From assembly GCA_039809905.1 (NCBI GenBank), contig JBDHVY010000001.1:1080001-1112000 (forward strand): 32,000 nt of DNA, given 5' to 3'. The DNA is from Candidatus Babelota bacterium. GTDB taxonomy: Bacteria > Babelota > Babeliae > Babelales > Vermiphilaceae. Each line of letters opens with the position of its first letter. Position 1 is the stretch's first letter. The notes below the pieces were generated by a model. It did not search any database. It had not been told where the DNA came from and saw only the letters and a list, made by a program, of their open reading frames with translations. Both the position numbers and the translations under genes were made by a program. Positions 17,611 through 22,075 of the stretch are shown here, piece by piece.

Positions 17611-18468
17611 ATGAAAAAAATAATAGTATCAATAAGTTTAATGTTTTGTTTGTTCCAGATTGCGTCTGGCATGGATAAGCTTAATTTATCTTCGAGTTCT
17701 ATGACATTGAATGAATTTATATTGGTGGGAAAAGATGGCGATCAAATTTCTTTATCACTTGATGTAGCGCAATCAGTTCCTTTATTGGCAGAAAAGATAC
17801 AAGAGAATACTTTTTCATTAGTAATTGCTCACGCAGGAAAAAAAGATCTTCAGGTTATAGATATCTGCGCAAGATTACGTAAAGGATTGGAAGAAAATCC
17901 TGCTATCTATGGAAATAAAAATAGAGATTTGTTGGAGGGTATTGCAAGAGGTATGAGTTTATCTGATCTTGCTCGCACAACAGTCATCTTTAGTGATTTG
18001 TATGGTAAAAAAGATGGGCCGTTGACTTTAGGCTGGGAAACAGGGTGGATTCAGCAATTCGAACAAGATAGAGATCTTGGTCAAGGTCATATAGAAGAAT
18101 TCATTGATCGCACAGAAATTGTTAACGCTATAATGGTTTTTCAGCAAACGGGAAAATCACTTATACTTCCAGAAGAATCACCGGCTACACGCGAACCAAT
18201 AACAGTTGATCAATCTGATTTACAATCTATTTTTATTTCTCAGCAACAACTGAAGAAATTCCAAGCGAAAGTGCAATCGGAAAAAGATAACAAATCTTTA
18301 TTGCAACCAAATAATGGGTGGAGTGATAAACTATTTGATGCGATGCCTTTATTTGCGCAAAAGAAGTTGGCTTTATTATCTGCGTATATGCCTAGATATT
18401 CAATAGTTTTTATGCCGATATCTATTGTAGCCTCGATGTATGTGCTTTATAAAATTAAAAAAGGGTAG
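17611..18468 (+). CDS. Hypothetical signal-peptide / tail-anchored protein with a possible Skp1/BTB-POZ-like N-terminal region
   Basis: 285 aa. Signal peptide MKKIIVSISLMFCLFQIASG and C-terminal TM IVFMPISIVASMYVLY. Residues ~35-90, FILVGKDGDQISLSLDVAQSVPLLAEKIQ...LQVIDICARL, resemble the Skp1 N-terminal pattern IxLxSxDGxxFxVxxxVAxxSxxI...LxKVIxxC. This is a pattern match only. Confidence 0.4.
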   Translation: MKKIIVSISLMFCLFQIASGMDKLNLSSSSMTLNEFILVGKDGDQISLSLDVAQSVPLLAEKIQENTFSLVIAHAGKKDLQVIDICARLRKGLEENPAIYGNKNRDLLEGIARGMSLSDLARTTVIFSDLYGKKDGPLTLGWETGWIQQFEQDRDLGQGHIEEFIDRTEIVNAIMVFQQTGKSLILPEESPATREPITVDQSDLQSIFISQQQLKKFQAKVQSEKDNKSLLQPNNGWSDKLFDAMPLFAQKKLALLSAYMPRYSIVFMPISIVASMYVLYKIKKG

Positions 18469-18487
18469 AGATAATCTACCCTTTTAA
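18457..18487. terminator. Bidirectional terminator hairpin shared by convergent genes; both stop codons lie in the stem
   Basis: AAGGGTAG-AGATAAT-CTACCCTT is an 8-bp stem flanked by an A run and a T run. TAG (18466-68) ends the plus-strand gene, and CTA (18476-78), which is TAG on the minus strand, ends the minus-strand gene. Confidence 0.55.
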
Positions 18488-19582
18488 ATAATTTAAGATA
18501 CCGAACATTGCTTCGAAAAAAATCAAAATAATAATGAGTACAGAAAAAAGATCTTCTCGTGTTGTATCTATTTTATGCTGAAAAACTGTTTGTACTTCTT
18601 CGACGATGTGCAACTTTCTATCAATGCCAGCATGCCAACTTTTAAGATCAAGTTTTTCTGCAAGCAGAGAATGTATTTCCGAATAATACGGTTCACCTGC
18701 AATTTTTATACTACTTTCAAGACGTTCAGTGATTACTGAAATATCTACTTTTAATTTACGTAATTGCCCTACTGGGTCGCTAAAAAATGTTCCAAAGAAT
18801 GGTAAATAGGCGCCCCACGATAGATTTGTTTTTTTGCGCTCGTAGATAGTATTAATTTCTTGGTCAAGAAGCCGATCAAAAAAGCGTAATTCAAGTTGCT
18901 GAATGTTGGCAAATTCAAACAAATCAATGATGTCGTCATATTCTTCTTCATAAACAAATGCAGCATCAACATCAATAACAATCAAGCTTCCTCTAAAGTA
19001 ACCAATAGCAGAATCTAAGATTTCATTTTTTTGAAATTCTGAAAGTATTTCAGTTTCAAATCTCAAAGTTGATGCAATGGTGCTACCATAATCTTTTTGT
19101 AATTGTGTTAAATCAAGAGATGCTGGTTGTGGATCTACTTGGATGATAATATATGATGCACATGTTTGAAAAAATTTTGGCTGAGCGATATACGATTCTA
19201 TTTTTTTGTATATTGATCGAGCATCAAGAACACTTTGTTGTTGATATTTGTTTGCAAGTTCATTGCAGTTAACACGAAGATTTTCAAGTGTGTCATTAAA
19301 AGGAATTTTATACGTTAATGAGATAGCCCCAAAACTATGTATTTTGCTGCTGATACAATATGAATGTGCATGGGGATGTGGAAGCTCAATAGCAAGAGGA
19401 GCATTATATTGTTTGAAATGTTTTGGTAAATGAAGAGGCTGTTTAATAATATCGCGTGATTCTTCTATTTTTTCTAAATCAATATCATCGCCAACATCAT
19501 ATGCCCATAGAATCAGTATATTTCCTGAAAATATATGATCAGTTTTTTCTTTTTGCTCAAGGTCTTGTGTTTGGGACTGCAT
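18476..19582 (-). CDS. DUF155 / RMD1-like (YagE-family) protein with C-terminal TM helix
   Basis: 368 aa. The soluble body is followed by ...REDLFSVLIIILIFFEAMFGILNYLKG, the architecture I associate with DUF155. The assignment is from memory and moderately uncertain. Confidence 0.4.
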   Translation of the reverse strand: MQSQTQDLEQKEKTDHIFSGNILILWAYDVGDDIDLEKIEESRDIIKQPLHLPKHFKQYNAPLAIELPHPHAHSYCISSKIHSFGAISLTYKIPFNDTLENLRVNCNELANKYQQQSVLDARSIYKKIESYIAQPKFFQTCASYIIIQVDPQPASLDLTQLQKDYGSTIASTLRFETEILSEFQKNEILDSAIGYFRGSLIVIDVDAAFVYEEEYDDIIDLFEFANIQQLELRFFDRLLDQEINTIYERKKTNLSWGAYLPFFGTFFSDPVGQLRKLKVDISVITERLESSIKIAGEPYYSEIHSLLAEKLDLKSWHAGIDRKLHIVEEVQTVFQHKIDTTREDLFSVLIIILIFFEAMFGILNYLKG

Positions 19583-19663
19583 GTGCAGATCTTTCTTTTT
19601 TTATAAGTTATTTTTATTGAGCATACTCAAGATTAGATAATAAAAAAAGAGGGTATACATTTT

Positions 19664-19702
19664 TTAAGTGGTGCATCAAAAAAATGCACCACTTAATTTT
19701 TT
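19664..19702. terminator. Strong hairpin immediately downstream of the 19705-20214 stop
   Basis: TTAAGTGGTGCAT-CAAAAAA-ATGCACCACTTAA is a perfect 13-bp stem. The T run follows the stem only on the plus strand, so its role for the minus-strand gene is uncertain. Confidence 0.4.
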
Positions 19703-19704
19703 AG

Positions 19705-20214
19705 CTATTCCTGATTTGCTTGTCTAACACTTGCTACGCCTGCTGCAAAGCCCTGATTGTATTTTTCTGATGCCTCTGCTTGGCTAGCAGCTTGTTCAGC
19801 TCTTTGTGCCGATGATTGAGCATTTTCTGCGGCTTGTTGTGCCCTATCGGCATCATCTTGAGTTTTATAATAACGATCATCATAGCTAGAGCGATAAGGA
19901 TATGTAGCACTATATGTTAATGCGGACATAATACCAAAAGATAGTAAAAAATTGCCATATGCCCAACCACCAAATCCACCAGCCCAATATCCACCACGGC
20001 CATAATATCCTCCGTGGTGATATCCGTGTCCGCCATGATATCCATTGTGATGTCCGCCATCATGATGATGACCGCCACCTGCGTGATGTCCGCCCATATG
20101 CCCACCACCACCATGGCCTCCATGTCCACCGCCGCCATGAGAAAATGTATTTTGCGTTAATAGTAATGAGCTTACCATTATTATTAGAGAATATATGTTT
20201 TTTTTCTTATTCAT
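19705..20214 (-). CDS. Secreted Gly/His-rich low-complexity protein with Ala/Gln-rich C-terminus
   Basis: 169 aa: MNKKKNIYSLIIMVSSLLLTQNTFS-HGGGGHGGHGGGGHMGGHHAGGGHHHDGGHHNGYHGGHGYHHGGYYGRGGYWAGGFGGW..., then AQQAAENAQSSAQRAEQAASQAEA. The N-terminus is paralogous to the 20358-21368 product. This frame is chosen over the overlapping repeat-induced ORFs because it has a signal peptide, a paralogue and a start context. Confidence 0.6.
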   Translation of the reverse strand: MNKKKNIYSLIIMVSSLLLTQNTFSHGGGGHGGHGGGGHMGGHHAGGGHHHDGGHHNGYHGGHGYHHGGYYGRGGYWAGGFGGWAYGNFLLSFGIMSALTYSATYPYRSSYDDRYYKTQDDADRAQQAAENAQSSAQRAEQAASQAEASEKYNQGFAAGVASVRQANQE

Positions 20215-20254
20215 TAAAAATCCTTTTTTTTATAACCCAAATCTTCATTATATG

Positions 20255-20287
20255 CTGATTGGGGACCCCATATTAAGAGAGTTTTAG
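20255..20287 (-). repeat. GC-palindrome repeat copy 5 (core TGGGGACCCCA at 20260-20270)
   Basis: See copy 4. It is inverted relative to copy 4. There are 45 nt between the core and the minus-strand ATG at 20214. Confidence 0.85.
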
Positions 20288-20311
20288 AGACTTTTTTCGG
20301 ACTAGTATAGT

Positions 20312-20337
20312 GAAAAAAGCGCAGATTTCTCCGCGCC
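20312..20337 (-). terminator. Rho-independent terminator after the Gly/aromatic-rich gene
   Basis: The minus strand reads GGCGCGGA-GAAA-TCTGCGC-TTTTTT, a 7-bp GC-rich stem (one G-U pair) with a GNRA-type loop and a T6 run, 20 nt after the stop. Confidence 0.6.
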
Positions 20338-20357
20338 TTTTTATTTTTTTACATTAT

Positions 20358-21368
20358 TTAATCATAATAGCGATCACATGCTTCTGGACAATCATAACTG
20401 TCTGGGCAGCCATATCTTCTTTCGCACGTTCTACGGCTTATGTAATCATCATCATCATTATAGTAATCTCTGCTATAGTAATCCCACCACCATGGATATA
20501 ATGTCCAGAAATCATACCATGGGCTCCAATAACCGCCCCACCAACGATATGGTACACCGCCCCAGAACCAAACAGGGTAATATCCGCCACCATACCAGAA
20601 GCCCCATGCTCTACGTCCATCTACATTGAAACTTCTCGGACGATTACGTGCTGTTGTTGTGCCACCACGAGGAGCTCTTCCTCGTTGTGCTGTAACAGCT
20701 TTGTTTACAGCTGTAGCATTTTTAGCAGCTACTGGTTGAGCTGTTTGAGCTGCAGCAGTAGCTGCTTGTCTTGTTGCAGGAACTGTTGAAGATATTGGAC
20801 TGCCTGTTTTTGTAGTAGGAGTTGTTTGCGTAGCAGTTCTACCAGCAGCTGTTTGAGCTACAGGTGTGCTAGCTGCAGTTCTGCCGGTTGTAACACCTGA
20901 TTGTCGTGAGGCCGCTGGGGCTTGAGTTGTTCCTGCAGGAGCTTGTTGTGTAGAGCCCGCTCTGGCAGCAGCTGATCCAGCGATAGTACCGGCAGTAACG
21001 CCAGCAAGAGTGCCGGCTGCAACTGCACCTCCACCATAATATCCACTATTTCCAGAAACGTTAACATTTGTAGTACGATTTACATTTGCATTACCACGTC
21101 CGGTAGCGCCTGCTCGGCCTGCATTTGTGCCACGACCGCTACTGATACCTCTACCGGCACCACCACGCATGCCAGCAGAACGTGCACCACCGCCACTAAA
21201 GCTTCGGGCACCGCCACCGCCCATGCCTCTACCTCCACCGCCCATATGTCCGCCGCCACCACCGCCATGTCCACCACCGCCGCCACCTCCACGAGGGAAT
21301 GTGTCATGCGTCAATATGAGCATGCTGGCAAGAATGCTCAATATTATTGTATTTATTTTTTTATTCAT
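20358..21368 (-). CDS. Secreted Gly/Arg-rich, Thr/Ala-rich protein with extremely Trp/Tyr-rich, Cys-containing C-terminal module
   Basis: Start ATG 21368 gives MNKKINTIILSILASMLILTHDTFP-RGGGGGGGHGGGGGGHMGGGGRGMGGGG.... The middle is TTGRTAASTPVAQTAAGRTATQTTPTTKTG.... The end is AWGFWYGGGYYPVWFWGGVPYRWWGGYWSPWYDFWTLYPWWWDYYSRDYYNDDDDYISRRTCERRYGCPDSYDCPEACDRYYD. A GNRA-loop terminator follows. Confidence 0.6.
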   Translation of the reverse strand: MNKKINTIILSILASMLILTHDTFPRGGGGGGGHGGGGGGHMGGGGRGMGGGGARSFSGGGARSAGMRGGAGRGISSGRGTNAGRAGATGRGNANVNRTTNVNVSGNSGYYGGGAVAAGTLAGVTAGTIAGSAAARAGSTQQAPAGTTQAPAASRQSGVTTGRTAASTPVAQTAAGRTATQTTPTTKTGSPISSTVPATRQAATAAAQTAQPVAAKNATAVNKAVTAQRGRAPRGGTTTARNRPRSFNVDGRRAWGFWYGGGYYPVWFWGGVPYRWWGGYWSPWYDFWTLYPWWWDYYSRDYYNDDDDYISRRTCERRYGCPDSYDCPEACDRYYD

Positions 21369-21395
21369 AAAATGATCCTCAGGATACATCATATT

Positions 21396-21686
21396 TTATT
21401 TGCATGGTTTACAATTATCATCCATGTCGCAATTACATTCGCATTTTCCATCTTTACGACAATCGCATTTATTGCATGATTTTTTCATATCATTGTCATG
21501 GTCTGAAGATTTTTTTTCTGAATGAGAAAAATATCCAGATTTATGTTGATCATGATTGTGATGTTTTTCAGCTTCGTTTTTATGGTCATGATTATGATTC
21601 ATATCATTATGTGAGTGTTTTTCATGATTTTTGTTTTCATGCATTGAGTTTTTTTCCTCGTTGTTCTTTTTCTTGAAATCGTTCAT
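21396..21686 (-). CDS. Small His-rich protein with Cys-rich (metallothionein-like) C-terminus, no signal peptide
   Basis: 96 aa: ...HENKNHEKHSHNDMNHNHDHKNEAEKHHNHDQHK...SCNKCDCRKDGKCECNCDMDDNCKPCK. AAAGGAG lies 7 nt upstream of the ATG. The stop is 27 nt before the next gene's ATG, so this is probably an operon. Confidence 0.55.
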   Translation of the reverse strand: MNDFKKKNNEEKNSMHENKNHEKHSHNDMNHNHDHKNEAEKHHNHDQHKSGYFSHSEKKSSDHDNDMKKSCNKCDCRKDGKCECNCDMDDNCKPCK

Positions 21687-21873
21687 AGCGAACTCCTTTT
21701 TTTGAAAATAAAATATTTATACTACTATAGTTATCATATATAATAATGTTTTCAAATAGCAATAAATATTTAAGAAAAGCATGTAGGCTAAAGGGTTTTT
21801 TGAGGATAAGAGTATTGTAAGAAACTAACCTGAGGGGCTATTCTTAGGCAGAGGATTGAATAACATGAATAAA

Positions 21874-21882
21874 GGGGGGGGG
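21874..21882. repeat. Homopolymeric G9 (C9 on the minus strand) tract in the lepA / His-rich-gene intergenic region
   Basis: AATAAAGGGGGGGGGTTGTCG is the longest G/C homopolymer I saw in this AT-rich window. Confidence 0.9.
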
Positions 21883-21949
21883 TTGTCGATTTAAAGAGAG
21901 ATTAGCCCCATTTGCTATATAAATACGCACATGAGGCTACTTAAGTATT

Positions 21950-22012
21950 TTATTTCTTTAATAGTGATAAGAAGGCTTCTTGTGGTACTTCAACTGAGCC
22001 GACCTGTTTTAT
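21950..22012 (-). pseudogene. Orphan copy of the last 20 codons plus stop of lepA
   Basis: The minus strand reads ATA AAA CAG GTC GGC TCA GTT GAA GTA CCA CAA GAA GCC TTC TTA TCA CTA TTA AAG AAA TAA, which is IKQVGSVEVPQEAFLSLLKK*. The real lepA end at 22138-22076 encodes MKQVGSVEVPQEAFLSLLKK*. Identity is 51/63 nt. It is in frame with lepA but separated from it by the lepA stop plus two more in-frame stops in the spacer. Confidence 0.85.
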
Positions 22013-22028
22013 CCCCAACGTGCACTAC

Positions 22029-22057
22029 GCTTCAATTGGGGACCCCAATTAAGAAAG
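22029..22057 (-). repeat. GC-palindrome repeat copy 6 (perfect 17-nt palindrome AATTGGGGACCCCAATT; core at 22037-22047)
   Basis: On the minus strand it reads CTTTCTTAATTGGGGTCCCCAATTGAAGC, with the same TCTTAAT-TGGGGTCCCCA layout as copies 4 and 5. It lies in the 63-nt spacer between the lepA stop and the orphan lepA 3' copy. Confidence 0.8.
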
Positions 22058-22075
22058 AAAATAAAGTTTATTTAT

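Noticed and set aside
19664-19702. The 13-bp perfect hairpin as a canonical intrinsic terminator for the minus-strand Gly/His-rich gene.
   Set aside because: On the minus-strand transcript the stem is followed by an A run, not a U run; the U run follows it only on the plus strand. I kept it as a hairpin feature of uncertain function.
19917-21479. Alternative-frame and antisense ORFs over the Gly/His-rich genes. Examples are the Pro-rich 21127-21375(+), the His/Asp-rich 19959-20258(+), 19917-20138(-), 20378-20629(+), 20858-21067(-) and 21080-21307(-).
   Set aside because: They are artefacts of GGN/CAY codon repeats, which stay open in several frames (GGN antisense gives NCC, which is Pro). 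Only the chosen frames have signal peptides, mutually paralogous N-termini, RBS/ATG context and a terminator.
21874-21910. The minus-strand sequence GGGGCTAATCTCTCTTTAAATCGACAACCCC resembles the 5' end of tmRNA (GGGGCUGAUUCUGGAUUCGAC...).
   Set aside because: There is no tRNA-like 3' end (T-arm GGTTCGAATCC / CCA context) and no tag reading frame within the next ~400 nt. That region is occupied by the His-rich CDS. The similarity is short and partly due to the repeat-family GGGG motif.
20255-22057. Integron-like cassette interpretation, with palindromic repeats acting as attC sites bounding gene cassettes.
   Set aside because: The cores lack the R''/R' (RYYYAAC / GTTRRRY) organisation and the extrahelical-base asymmetry of attC. 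There is no intI gene or attI in the window, and the copies lie upstream of genes rather than at cassette 3' ends.
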